Positions 12,501 through 23,719 of a stretch of DNA of 64,000 bases are shown here, piece after piece. The stretch lies in the NCBI RefSeq assembly GCF_902713615.1, contig NC_052157.1, positions 61,344,146 through 61,408,145 of the forward strand, read 5' to 3'. A model generated the notes under the pieces. It did no database searches. It was given only the letters and a program-made list of their open reading frames with translations, and had not been told where the DNA came from. How positions within the stretch are numbered: position 1 is the first letter of the stretch; each line of letters starts with the position of its first letter. The stretch comes from Scyliorhinus canicula. Its lineage: Eukaryota. Made by a program: the position numbers and the translations under genes.

Positions 12501-13402
12501 CAGCACTGACTGACGCCACCTTCAAAAGGTGGAGACAGGACGGGGGGACACTGACAGTCAGGGACCTATACACGGACGACAGGATCGCAACACTGGAGAA
12601 ATTTCAGCTAGCTGGGGGGAACGAGCTACGGTACCTGCAGCTCAAAAACTTCCTACGAAAGGAGACAAGGACGTACCCACAACCGCCACGACAGACACTA
12701 CTGGAAGACCTACTGGACGCAAGTATCCTAGAGAAAGGGAACTGTAGTGACATGTATGGCCGACTGGTAGATAGGGACGACACCGTACTGGACGCAACAA
12801 GAAGGAAATGGGAGGACGACCTGGGGATGGAGATAGGGTGGGGACTCTGGAGCGAAGCACTGCATAGGGTCAACTCCACCTCCACGTGCGCAAGGCTCAG
12901 CCTGACGCAACTAAAAGTGGTACATAGAGCCCACTTAACGAGAAACCGTATGAGTAGGTTCTTCCCGGAGGTGGAGGACAGATGTGAGCGGTGCCAAAGA
13001 GGCCCGGCCAACCACGCCCACATGTTCTGGTCTTGCCCCAGACTGTGGAGTACTGGACAGCCTTCTTCGAGGCTATGTCCAAAGTGGTGGGGGTGAGGGT
13101 GGAGCCATGCCCGATAGTGGCGGTCTTCGGGGTTTCAGACCAGCCAGATCTATCTCCTGGGGAGGAGGGCGGACGCCCTTGCCTTTGCCTCCCTGATCGC
13201 CCGCCGTAGAATCCTGTTTGGCTGGCGGTCAGCAGCACCGCCCAGAGCTGCAGACTGGCTGTCCGACCTCTCGGATTCTCTCCAAATGGAGAAAATCAAA
13301 TTCGCCATCCGAGGGTCGGACGACGGCTTCCACAGAACGTGGGAGCCATTCATGCAATTGTTCCGGGACCTGTTTGTGGCCAGCGTGCAAGAGGAAGAAT
13401 AG
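9589..13402 (+). pseudogene. L1 ORF2 (APE, RT, C-terminal Cys region), about four frameshifts
   Basis: ITWNVRGL, LQETH, SDH; GTRQGCPLSP, LYADD; CERC...H..WSC; frames change near 10035, 10790, 13045 and 13155. Confidence 0.9.
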
Positions 13403-14199
13403 TCGGGGGAAGGTAGCCAGCGGGGAGGGGGGGGGGCTACGGGCTCGTTACGGGGGTTTGATGGCTAGCTAAGGCCCTAAACCAAACTAAATAAATGCCA
13501 ATAAACATGTTGGGGAATGTAAAATATGTATGCCGGCGAAAAGGGGGAGGCCACAGTTATTACTACGAAGATGCTCACCTGTAAATATATATGTTAATTT
13601 TTACGTGTTTTTTTTTCTCTCTCTAACAATTTGTAATTTGTTCAATATAAAACATGAAAACTGAATAAAAAAACATTTATAAAATATGGATTTAAACTCA
13701 ACCACTCAAAGTGCACATTTGCACAAACATCTTTAAAATTCTTGGGAGATACAATATCATCACAAGGTGTCAGATCTGATGATGCGAAAATCTCTGCGAT
13801 CCAGAATATGAAAACACCACATGATAAAAAAGCTGTGTTAAGATTTCTGGGCTTTGTAAATTTATTGGGCACATTTATCTCAAATCAGTCCACGAGGACG
13901 TCAGCTTTACGCAATCTGATAAGGAAGACCACTGATTTTGAATGGACACAATGTCACCAAAATGAATGGGTGGATCTCAAACATCAACTGATAACTGCAC
14001 AAATTCGTACCTTTTTTGACCCAACTAGGCCGACCAAGATCTCCCAGTGACGCCAGTCAGGATGGGATAGGTGCAGTTGTTCGACAACAGAATGATTAAT
14101 CTGATTGGGTTCCAGTTGCATAAGCTTCCAGGGCTATGACTGCAACAGAGTGCAAATATGCACAGATAGAAAAGGAATGTCTCGGACTACTCACTGGGA

Positions 14200-14420
14200 A
14201 TACTGAAATTCCATGTGAAACGTTTCCTGATGTTTCAGATGGTGCTGCCTTCTTTGTTGATGGAAGGGATGTTGGCAGTAACGGGGTGGACATTCGGCGA
14301 TTTATGGGAGGATGTTGGAGGAGGGTAGAGTGTCTTTTGAGCCGGTCAAGGCCAGGTGGGAGGAGAAGCTAGAGTTGGCGCTGGAGGAGGGGTTGTGGTG
14401 TGAAGTGCTGAGAAGGGTGA
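14200..14420 (+). mobile_element. Old L1 ORF2 fragment (duplicate at ~21865-22080)
   Basis: Resembles the L1 C-terminal W..EL...W..L.RVN region and the remnant at 17840-17912. Confidence 0.6.
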
Positions 14421-14595
14421 ATAATAATAATTGCTTATTGTCACAAGTAGGTTTCAATGAAGTGACTGTGAAAAGCCCCTAGCCGCCATATTCGGCACCT
14501 GTTTGGGGAGGGCGGTACGGGAATTGAACCTGTGCTGCTGGCATCGTTCTGCATTACAAGCCAGCTGTCTTAACCCACTGTGCTAAACCAGCCCC
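14421..14595 (-). mobile_element. tRNA-derived SINE (family 2)
   Basis: Minus strand starts GGGGCTGGTTTAGCACAG with a B-box-like GGTTCAATTCC; same family at 22081, 24195, 25685 and 50075. Confidence 0.8.
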
Positions 14596-14834
14596 TGGGC
14601 AGAAGACTGGCTCTTAACTAAATAGGTTCTGAAGACCATGAGCCAACGTAGAATACACTTGTCCACTCTTGTATTCAGGATTCTCTTCTATCCATTGTAA
14701 AACTTTGGGGAGTTCCTTTTATGTCCTGTAGATTCCACACTGCAGACATGTGCACCAGTGATGGAGGGGATAGATATCGGGTTTAGTGGATCTACAAACT
14801 ATCCTGTGTTAAATGTTGATATTTCTCTCTGCAG

Positions 14835-15191
14835 TTGGACTGTCACAAGAGTGGAAAGCCAACATTCCAGAAAAGTTGACAGCGGAGAAAGGTTCCTGTG
14901 TACAGATACCATGTCATTACAGTTACCCAATGCACTTGGCAAGCCGACAGCGAGTTGGAATCTGGTATTACTATAAGCGTCGAACTACAGCCTTTCATTC
15001 CAAGGATCAGAATGTTATATCACCACAGTTCCAGCATCGGACCCGGCTGTCTGGAGACCTGAATGATGGCGACTGTTCCCTGATTATAAGCAACATCGGA
15101 CTGCAAGATGTAGGAAGATATTATTTCAGAATAGAATTTGATGCCAGTAATAAAATCACCTACAAACCTGGAACCAGGCTTCAGGTTTCTG
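14835..15191 (+). CDS. Siglec V-set exon V1, intact, phase 1-1, 357 bp
   Basis: ctctctgcag acceptor and GTAAGT donor; GSCVQIPC, GIW, DCSL (E-strand Cys) and YYFRIE (essential Arg) Siglec signature. Confidence 0.9.
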
Positions 15192-15350
15192 GTAAGTGCT
15201 GTGTTATATAATTCCTCAACAATTCACATTCAATATTCAATGGGAAATAATACATCCAAGTGTTTGATTTGCTTGTATTGTGGCTGTGTTAACCAGCGTC
15301 ACTGCTTTTAGTGATTTTCTATTTCTGCTCCCAGATCCAATGAAAATTTC

Positions 15351-16040
15351 GGGCGGGATTCTCCCGCAATTGGCTGGGCGGCCCGTACCGGCGCCAAGGG
15401 CGGCACGAACCACTCCAGTGTCGGACCACCTGGAAGTTGCGGAATCCTACGTACTTCCGGGGGCTAGGCCAGCGCTGGAGGGGTTGGCGTCGCGCCAACC
15501 AGCGCCGAAGGACCGCCACTGGCCGGCGTGAGTTGGCACACGCGCAGGACTGCCAGCGTGTTCTGGCACATGCGCAGAACCGCTTCCGTGTTTCCTGCGC
15601 ATGCGCAGGGGGTTTCTTCTCCACCCCGGCCATGGCAGAGCCTTACAGAGGCCGGCGCAGAGGGAACGAATGCCCCCGCGGCACAGACCCGCCCGCGGAT
15701 CAGTGGGCCACGCCACCGTGGCCCCCCTCCCCCCCGGGCCGGATCTTCTGCGCCCCGCTCGAGGACCCCGCTAGCCGGCCGACAAGCCAGGTCCCGCCAG
15801 GATAGACCATGTCCATTTCACGCCGGCGAGACTGGCCGAAAACGGGCGGCCGCTCGGCCCATCGGGGTCCGGAGAATTACTGGAATGGCAGCTGCCAACG
15901 GCCCACGACCAGCACGGCGTGATCTTTGCCCCCACCCGAAAAACCGCCACCGGAGAATTCGGCAGCTGGCGTCGGAGTGGCGGGGCGGGATTCACGCCGC
16001 CCCCCCGGCAATTCTCTGACCGAGCAGGGAGTCGGAACAG
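15351..16040. mobile_element. Harbinger-type MITE, apparently chimeric, right end missing
   Basis: Starts GGGCGGGATTCTCC; about 97% identical to 23012 onward up to ~15655, much less afterwards. Confidence 0.75.
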
Positions 16041-16235
16041 GCGCTGAGGACCCTGGTTCGAATCCCAGCCCTGGATCATTGTCCGCGTGGAGTTTGCACA
16101 TTGACCCCTTGTCTGCATGGGTTTCACCCCTACAACCCAAAGATGTGCAGGTTAGGTGGATAGGCCACGCTAAATTGCCCCTTAATTGATAAAAAAATGT
16201 AAAAAGTTAAAATTTAAATTTAAAAAAAGAAAGAA
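16040..16235 (+). mobile_element. HE1/V-SINE short form, 5' truncated
   Basis: GGTTCGAATCCC B-box, AAGATGTGCAGGTTAGGTGGAT V-domain, A-rich tail. Confidence 0.75.
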
Positions 16236-16239
16236 AACA

Positions 16240-17912
16240 AAAGGTGTTGCCAGTTAGGTTGGAAGAGTGTCTTCTGCAGGTGATTGGAGACGATGAGACG
16301 AGGTTCGTAAAGGATAGGCAGGTGTCTTTTAACATGCACTATTTGTTAAATATGGTGCTGTCCCCATCAGAGAGAAGGGAGCCGGAGGTGGTGGTGGCGC
16401 TGGACACGGAGAAGGCATTTGAACTTGTAGAGTGGAGTTATTTGTTTGCAATGTTGGGGAGATTTTGGATTGGGCCTAAGTTTGTGGCCTGTGTCAAGTT
16501 ATATAGGGTACCGAAGGCACAAACAAGGTGAATTCGGGGTACTTTAAGTTACATAGGGGAATGTGGTAGTCGGGGTGTGGAACGCCCTGCCTGCAACAGT
16601 AGTAGACTCGCCAACTTTAAGGGTATTTAAGTGGTCACTGGATAGACATATGGATGAAAATGGAATAGTGTAGGTCAGATAGGTTTCAGATGGTTTCACA
16701 GGTCGGCGCAACATCGAGGGCCGAAGGGCCCGTACTGCGCTGTAGTGTTCTATGTTCTATGTTCTATGTGGTCGGGGTGCCCATGTCCTCCATCCTGTCT
16801 GCGCTGGTGATAGAGCTCTTGGCCACTGTACTGAGGTGCGCAGATAAGTGGAAGATGATGGTCGGGGGAGCGGGGGTGGGGCGGGGTTCGTGGATCATAG
16901 GATGTTTCTGTAGCCTGATGATTTGTTGTTGTACATCTCCAACCCAGGTTCTACAGTGGGGATATAATGGAGCTGCTCAGGAGATTTGGGGTGTTTTCAG
17001 GTTATAAATTGAATTTGGAAAGGAGTGTTTTCTGGTGTCTTCTCCGGGAGCAGGAGCCGGTCTGGGGAGGGTTGCCATTTATGGTGGCAACAACCCACTT
17101 TAAGTACCTGGGAGTGCAGATTGCGATTGGACCCGGTTTCATAAATTGAATGTCATGAGCCTGGTGGGTAGGGTCGGGGCGGATTTATTGAATTGGGATA
17201 ACCTTCCCTATCATTGGCAGGCCGGATGCAGGCAGTGAGGTTGAACATTTTGCCACGGTTTTTATTCTTATTTCAGTGCCTGTCGGCCTTTTAGCCGAAA
17301 ACATTTTTTATGAGGGTGGCACTGTTGCTCTTTTCGTTTGTTTGGGCAGGTAAAGTAGCAAGGATTAGGAAGAGGGTGTTTCAGAGAGGATGGCAGTCAG
17401 GGAGTCTGGCCAATCCTAACCTGTTGTATTATTATTGTGCAGTGAATGCCAAGAAGTTACAGGGTTGGGGAAGGGAGACGGAGGCTTTGTAGGTGATGAT
17501 GGAAGCAGGCTCTTTTTAGGGATCGGAGTTGCGGGCACTGGTAACAGTATCGCTCCCGTTCGTCCCAGGAAAGTATTTGGGAGTCCGATGGCGGTAGCCA
17601 CGCTGAAGATATGGATATATTTTGGTCGCACATTAGGTTCATGGCGGGGTGGATGTCGATCTGACGGAATCATGTGTTTGAGCCGGAGAGGCGGGATGCT
17701 ACGCTCCAGGGATGGGATGAGCCAGTTAGGTGGCGGAGATGAAGGACTTATTTTTAGAGGGACGATTCGCGAGTATGGAGGAATTGATGGAGAAGGTTGG
17801 AATTCCGCGGTGGAGGCCTTTGGGTATGTGCAGCTATGGGAATTTGCAAAGAAAGTGTTCCCAATTTTTCAGATGGTGCCGCCTTCTTCGTTGTTGGAAG
17901 GGATGCTGACAG
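16240..17912 (+). mobile_element. Degenerate L1 ORF2 remnant containing a CR1 3' fragment (~16577-16770)
   Basis: VVVALDTEKAF, GYKLN, FKYLG and LPRFLF-like motifs; the insert ends in (GTTCTAT)n like the CR1 at 5969. Confidence 0.75.
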
Positions 17913-18114
17913 TGTAGTGATCTGCATATCTGTATGTACACAAGGGGTTAATATATAGGCATACCAGCTAAGTAATCATTAATGGGCAGCACTAGAGATG
18001 GAAAAAGACAGACTCAAGCCAAGATCCGTCTCTTCGTAAGGACAGTGACTAGTGACCAGAGGTAGAGAGAGACAGCTCAGTGCAGGGGTAGTTAATCATA
18101 GTTAATTCTTATTC

Positions 18115-18340
18115 TTTTATAAAATAAATTTAGAGCACCCAATTAATTTTTTCCAATTAAGGCGCAATTTAGCGTGGCCAATCCACTTACTCTGCACGTC
18201 TTTTGGGTTGTGGGGGAGAAGCTCACGCAGACACGGGAATGTGCAAACTCAACACGGACAGTGATCCAGAGTTGGGATCGAACCTGGGACCTGGGCGCAG
18301 TGAGGCAGCAGGGCTAACCCACTACGCCACCGTGCTGCCC
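18115..18340 (-). mobile_element. HE1/V-SINE short form inside the Gypsy LTR
   Basis: Minus strand starts GGGCAGCACGGTGG; exact 14-bp TSD GTTAATTCTTATTC at 18101-18114 and 18341-18354. Confidence 0.9.
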
Positions 18341-19114
18341 GTTAATTCTTATTCAACCTTGTTCATTTAACATCTAGTATAAGTATTGGAGAGAGACAAA
18401 ACTCACAGTTTATTTGTGAACGTTACTCAATAAAGTATTTGCTCTAATCGGAAGACTACGAGTGTTAACCAACATCGAGTTAAAGATCATTCTGGCAAGA
18501 AGCAAATAAGTAAAATATATTGCACAAAGTAATATAACATTACTACCAGGAGCAATAATATAACATGGTACCAGGGAATTACTTCAAAAAAGCTTACTAA
18601 ATAGATTAGATAAGAATTAGAAAGTAAAAAAGGAGAAATTTTGTACTGGCTTTTCGACTTTGGAAGGCTTTGCTGCATTCGGATCCCTTGAAGAACAATC
18701 GACTTGATGGACCACATTCAAGCTCCACGTCAACTAAAAACTACCGGTAATCTTAACTCAAAGTGGAAACTTTTCAAACTGCAATTCCAAATCTTTCCTG
18801 AAGCACATGATTTGATCACCACCTATGAAGCTAGAAAAATAGCTCTACTTTTATCTATAGCAGGACAGCAGGCTGCAGAAATATCCAACTCTTTCACTGA
18901 CTCTGAAAGGGAGAAAAAAAGCAAACTTGATGTAATATTTAACAAATTTGATGACCATTGCAAAATGCAGACAAATGAAATCTTTGAGAGATTCTGGTTC
19001 AGCAGACATATGTGAAAACATGGGGAATCTTTCATCAGTTTTGTCACCGATTTAAAATTACTGGCACAAACTTGCAGCTGTGCAGATTTGCACAATTCTC
19101 CAATCAGAGACCAG

Positions 19115-19752
19115 GGGTTGGATTCTCCGCCCCCGCCGGCTGCCGAGTTCTCCGGCGGCGGGGATTTGGCAGGGGGCAGAAATCGCTCCGGTTGGGGGGC
19201 CATTGGCAGCGGCCCCCTCGGCGATGCTCCGGCCCGCGATGGCCTATTGGCCGCCCGTTTTTGGCCGGTCCCGCCGGCATATGTTACGACAGGTACTTAC
19301 CGGCAGGACCTGGCTCCACGGGCGGCCTCGGGGGAGGGGGGGGGGCAGCGGGGGGATCTGGCCCTAGGTGTTCCCACATGGTGGCCTGGCCTGCGACCGG
19401 AACCCACCGATCTACGGGTGGGCCTGTGCCGTGGTGGCACTCTATTCCTCCACGTCGGGCGCTATAACAGTCCGCGATGGCCAATGCGGAGATGACCCCC
19501 TTGGCACATGCGCTGGGATGACACCAGCACACCCTGGCGCTCCTGCGCAGGCGCCAACTCGCACCGGTCAGCGGAGGCCCTTCGGCGCAGGTTGGCGTGG
19601 CGCCAAGCCCCTTCCTTGCCGGCCGGCGCAGCTCAAACCACTCCCGCGCTTCTGGATTCCGCATCTTCAGGGTGGCCCGACGCCGGAGTGGTAACACGCC
19701 ATTTCTTCACGCCAGAGTTGCCCGCCTCGCCGGTTTTTGAAGAATCCCACCT
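19115..19752. mobile_element. Harbinger-type MITE, 638 bp, in Gypsy gag
   Basis: TIRs GGGTTGGATTCT and AGAATCCCACCT, 3-bp TSD CAG; removal restores gag codons ATC AGA GAC CAG ATT GTA (IRDQIV). Confidence 0.88.
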
Positions 19753-22080
19753 CAGATTGTACATGGATTATGTGATGAGTGCCTCCGAGAATCATTGTTA
19801 AAACAGCAAGATTTAAAGCTGAAAATCTGAATTCAAACGTGTTCATCTCACGAACAAAGTGAAAACAAATATAATGAGTTTTACGACCATGAAAAGGGCC
19901 CACAAGTCCACCACGAGGTTGAGGCTGTTAAAATGGTGTCATAGGCAGCCAAGAAGCACATTTCAAACGACAGCTGTCCTGTGTGTGCACACTCCATCCG
20001 GGACATGCACACATTGCACAAAAATGCGAGACTGAAGAAAAGACGTCTGTGCATGTGCGAACGTGTTTAATGCGTCAGAGAGACGATGTCATGACATGCC
20101 ACCGATGTGGCAACGCCAACTTAAAAGGAAAATGTCCGACTCAAGGCAAACAATGTTTAAAGTGTGTAAAACTCAATCACTATGCCTCACAATGCAGATC
20201 TGCAGTGCAATTTAAAACTCCGAAACCAAAACAAAGGAACATCAACATTCGCAGTGTGGATTCATCGGAGCATAAAAAATCTGAATACAATTATTCTTCA
20301 GAAGAGGACAATTACTCATTAGAAAACACGCCTTTCGTGGGAACAATTGAAAAAAGTGAGGAACTTAAAGCAACGACCAGCACTCCCCAATGATAGACTC
20401 TAGCAATGAATGGACTTCAACAATGCAAGTTAACCATTTTCCAATCCTGTTCAAGCTTGACACTGTGGCTTCAGCCAACCTGCTAACAAGCAAAGTTCTC
20501 CACTCTATTCCAGGAGAACATGAGATAATACCTGCTGCATGTAGGCTGAAAGACTACAATGGTAATCAGATCACATCAATGGGATTGTGCCATCTTCAAG
20601 TCAAAAACTTTAATTTGTGGAAAACGACAAATCATCACTGTTAGGTGCTCAGGCTTGCAAAGATTTGCGGCTTGTTCAACAAATTTTTATGAATACTCAG
20701 AATACATCACGCATGGAAGATGAAATCCAGCAGATGCATCAAGAATACCCTGACGTATTTAAAGTTATGGGCACTTTACCTGACCAGTACAAGGTTTTGC
20801 TAAAAAGAGATGCAGCACCTGTAATTCATCCGCCTAGGAAGGTTCCAGCTCCTTTGCGAGAGAGGTTGAAATTAGCATTTGAAAGGCTGCAGTCACAAGG
20901 AATCATCTCTCGAGTCACGCAGCCGACTGACTGGGTCAATCCTCTAGTATGTGTTCAGAAACCATCTGGAGATCTTCGAATCTGTTAGATCCAAAGGATT
21001 ACTGAACAAAAACATTTGTAGGAAACATTACCCTATCCCCAAGCATGAAGAGATCACATGCGAGATGGCGAATGCTCGCATCTTCACTAAACTCGATGTT
21101 TCGCAGGGCTTCTGGTGGATGGAGCTTGACGCCTCGAGCAGATTGTTGTGCACATTCAATACTCTATTTGGATGCTTCTGCTTTAACCGCATGTCCTTGG
21201 GAATAATCTCCACCTCAGAGATTTTCCATAGGATAATGGAGCAGATGACTGAGGGCATCGATGGTGTAAAAGTCTATGTCGACGACAATTATATGGTCCA
21301 CAACATTTTGTCGTTTGAAGAAGATGTTTCAAAGAATCCATCAATATGGATTTAAACTCAACCACTCAAAGTGCACATTTGCACAAACATCTTTAAAATT
21401 CTTGGGAGATACAATATCATCTCAAGGTGTCAGATCTGATGATGCGAAAATCTCTGCGATCCAGAATATGAAAACGCCACATGATAAAAAATCTGTGTTA
21501 AGATTTCTGGGATTTGTAAATTTATTGGGCACATTTATCTCGAATCTGTCCACGAGGACGTCAGCTTTACGCAATCTGATAAGGAAGACCACTGATTTTG
21601 AATGGACACAATGTCACCAAAATGAATGGGTGGATCTCAAACATCAACTGATAACTGCACAAATTCATACCTTTTTTGACCCAACTAGGCCGACCAAGAT
21701 CTCCCAGTGACGCCAGTCAGGATGGGATAGGCGCAGTTCTTCGACAACAGAATGATTAATCTGATTGGGTTCCAGTTGCATAAGCTTCCAGGGCTATGAC
21801 TGCAACAGAGTGCAAATATGCACAGATAGAAAAGGAATGTCTCGGACTACTCACTGGCAATACTGAAATTCCACGTGAAACATTTCCTGATGTTTCAGAT
21901 GGTGCTGCCTTCTTTGTTGATGGAAGGGATGTTGGCAGTAACGGGGTGGACATTCGGCGATTTATGGGAGGATGTTGGTGGAGGGTAGAGTGTCTTTTGA
22001 GCCAGTCAAGGCCAGGTGGGAGGAGAAGCTGGAGTTGGCGCTGGAGGAGGGGTTGTGGTGTGAAGTGCTGAGAAGGGTGA

Positions 22081-22256
22081 ATAATAATAATTGCTTATTG
22101 TCACAAGTAGGTTTCAATGAAGTGACTGTAAAAAGCCCCTAGCTGCCATATCCCGGCACCTGTTTGGGGAGGGCGGTACGGGAATTGAACCTGTGCTGCT
22201 GGCATTGTTCTGCATTACAAGCCAGCTGTCTTAACCCACTGTGCTAAACCAGCCCC
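22081..22256 (-). mobile_element. tRNA-derived SINE (family 2), duplicate of 14421-14595
   Basis: Same sequence and context as in copy A. Confidence 0.8.
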
Positions 22257-22495
22257 ATGGCAGAAGACTGGCTCTTAACTAAATAGATTCTGAAGACCAT
22301 GAGCCAATGTAGAATACACTTGTCCACTCCTGTATTCAGGATTCTTTTCTATCCATTGTAAAACTTTGGGGAGTTCCTTTTATGTCCTGTAGATTCCACA
22401 CTGCAGACATGTGCACCAGTGTTGGAGCGGATAGATATCGGGTTTAGTGGATCTACAAACTATCCTGTGTTAAATATTGATATTTCTGTCTGCAG

Positions 22496-22852
22496 TTGCA
22501 CTGTCACATGAGTGGAAAGCCAACATTCTAGAAGAGTTGACAGCAGAGAACGGTTCCTGTGTACAGATTCCATGTCATTACAGTTACCCAATGCACTTGG
22601 CAAGCCGACAGCGAGTTGGAATCTGGTATTACTATAACAGTGGAACTACAGCCTTTCATTCCAAGGATCAGGATGTTATATCACCACAGTTCCAGCATCG
22701 GACCCGGCTGTCTGGAGACCTGAATGATGGCAACTGTTCCCTGATTATAAGCAACATCGGACGGCAAGATGTAGGAACATATTATTTCAGAATAGAATTT
22801 GATGGCTGTAATAAATTCACCTACAAACCTGGAACCAGGCTTCAGGTTTCTG
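22496..22852 (+). CDS. Siglec V-set exon V2, intact, phase 1-1, 357 bp
   Basis: ctgtctgcag acceptor and GTAAGT donor; GSCVQIPC, NCSL, YYFRIE, NKFTY; 17 nt differences from V1. Confidence 0.9.
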
Positions 22853-23011
22853 GTAAGTGCTGTGTTATATAATTCCTCAACAATTCACATTCAATACTCA
22901 ATGGGAAATAATACATCCAAGTGTTTGATTTGCTTGTATTGTGGCTGTGTTAACCAGCGTCCCTGTTTTTAATGATTTTCTATTTCTGCTCCCAGATCCA
23001 ATGAAAATTTC

Positions 23012-23713
23012 GGGCGGGATTCTCCCGCAATTGGCTGGGCGGCCCGTACCAGCGCCAAGGGCGGCACGAACCACTCCAGTGTCGGACCACCTGGAAGTTG
23101 TGGAATCCTACGTACTTCCGGGGGCTAGGCCGGCACTGGAGGGGTTGGCGTCGCGCCAACTAGCGCCGAAGGACCGCCACTGGCCGGCGTGAGTTGGCAC
23201 ACGCGCAGGACTGCCAGCGTGTTCTGGCACATGCGCAGAACCGCTGCCGTGTTTCCTGCGCATGCGCAGGGGGTTTCTTCTCCGCCCCGGCCATGGCAGA
23301 GCCTTACAGAGGCCGGCGTGGAGGGAAAGAGTGCCCCCACGGCACAGACCAGCCCGCAGATCGGCGGATCCCCATCGCAGGCCACCGTGGGGGCCCTCCC
23401 CGGAGCCAAATTCCCCCCACGCCCCCCTGAGGACGCCGCTAGACGGCCAACAAGCCAGATCCTGCCGGGATGGGCCATGTCCATTTCACGCCGGCGGGAC
23501 TGGCCGAAAATGGGTGGCCGCTCGGCCCATCGGGACCGGAGAATTGCCAGGGGGGGCCACTGCCAACTGCCCCCCGACCGGCGCGGCGTGATCCCCGCCC
23601 CCACCCGAAAACCGGCACCGGAGAATTCGGCAGCTGGCGTCAGAGCGGCAGCGTGGGATTCACGCATCCCCCCGTGATTCTCCAACCCAACGGGGGGTCG
23701 GAGAATCCCACCC
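23012..23713. mobile_element. Harbinger-type MITE
   Basis: TIRs GGGCGGGATTCTCC and GGAGAATCCCACCC; flanking triplets do not match (TTC versus CAT). Confidence 0.8.
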
Positions 23714-23719
23714 CATGGG

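Larger units (their letters stand above)
6809..13682 (+). mobile_element. Near full-length L1-clade LINE (family 1)
   Basis: 16-bp TSD AATATGGATTTAAACT at 6793-6808 and 13683-13698; empty site at ~21343-21358; AATAAA and A-rich tail. Confidence 0.95.
532..14200 (+). mobile_element. Decayed Ty3/Gypsy gag-pol remnant, copy A, in three pieces (532-1304, 5976-6808, 13699-~14200) separated by CR1 and L1 insertions
   Basis: CCHC knuckle (CHQCGN...CLKCVKLNHYASQC), protease KLDT motif, RT (FTKLDASQGFWQ, YVDD), RNase H start; colinear with 19753-21865. Confidence 0.85.
17913..21865 (+). mobile_element. Ty3/Gypsy remnant, copy B: 5' LTR (~17913-18563), gag from 18707, PR, RT, partial RNase H
   Basis: TGTAGTG start, TGGTACCAGG PBS-like site at ~18565, gag MDHIQAPRQLKTTGNLNSKWKLFK; many stops and frameshifts; 3' end lost. 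Confidence 0.85.

Noticed and set aside
14640-14705. ATG-initiated hydrophobic stretch upstream of V1 as a leader
   Set aside because: It ends in TAA with no splice donor.
15319-16189. Many 80-220-aa ORFs in GC-rich MITEs (also at 1-520, 19080-19700, 23125-23775 and 53229-53608)
   Set aside because: Stop-poor GC-rich sequence; frames are not conserved between copies.
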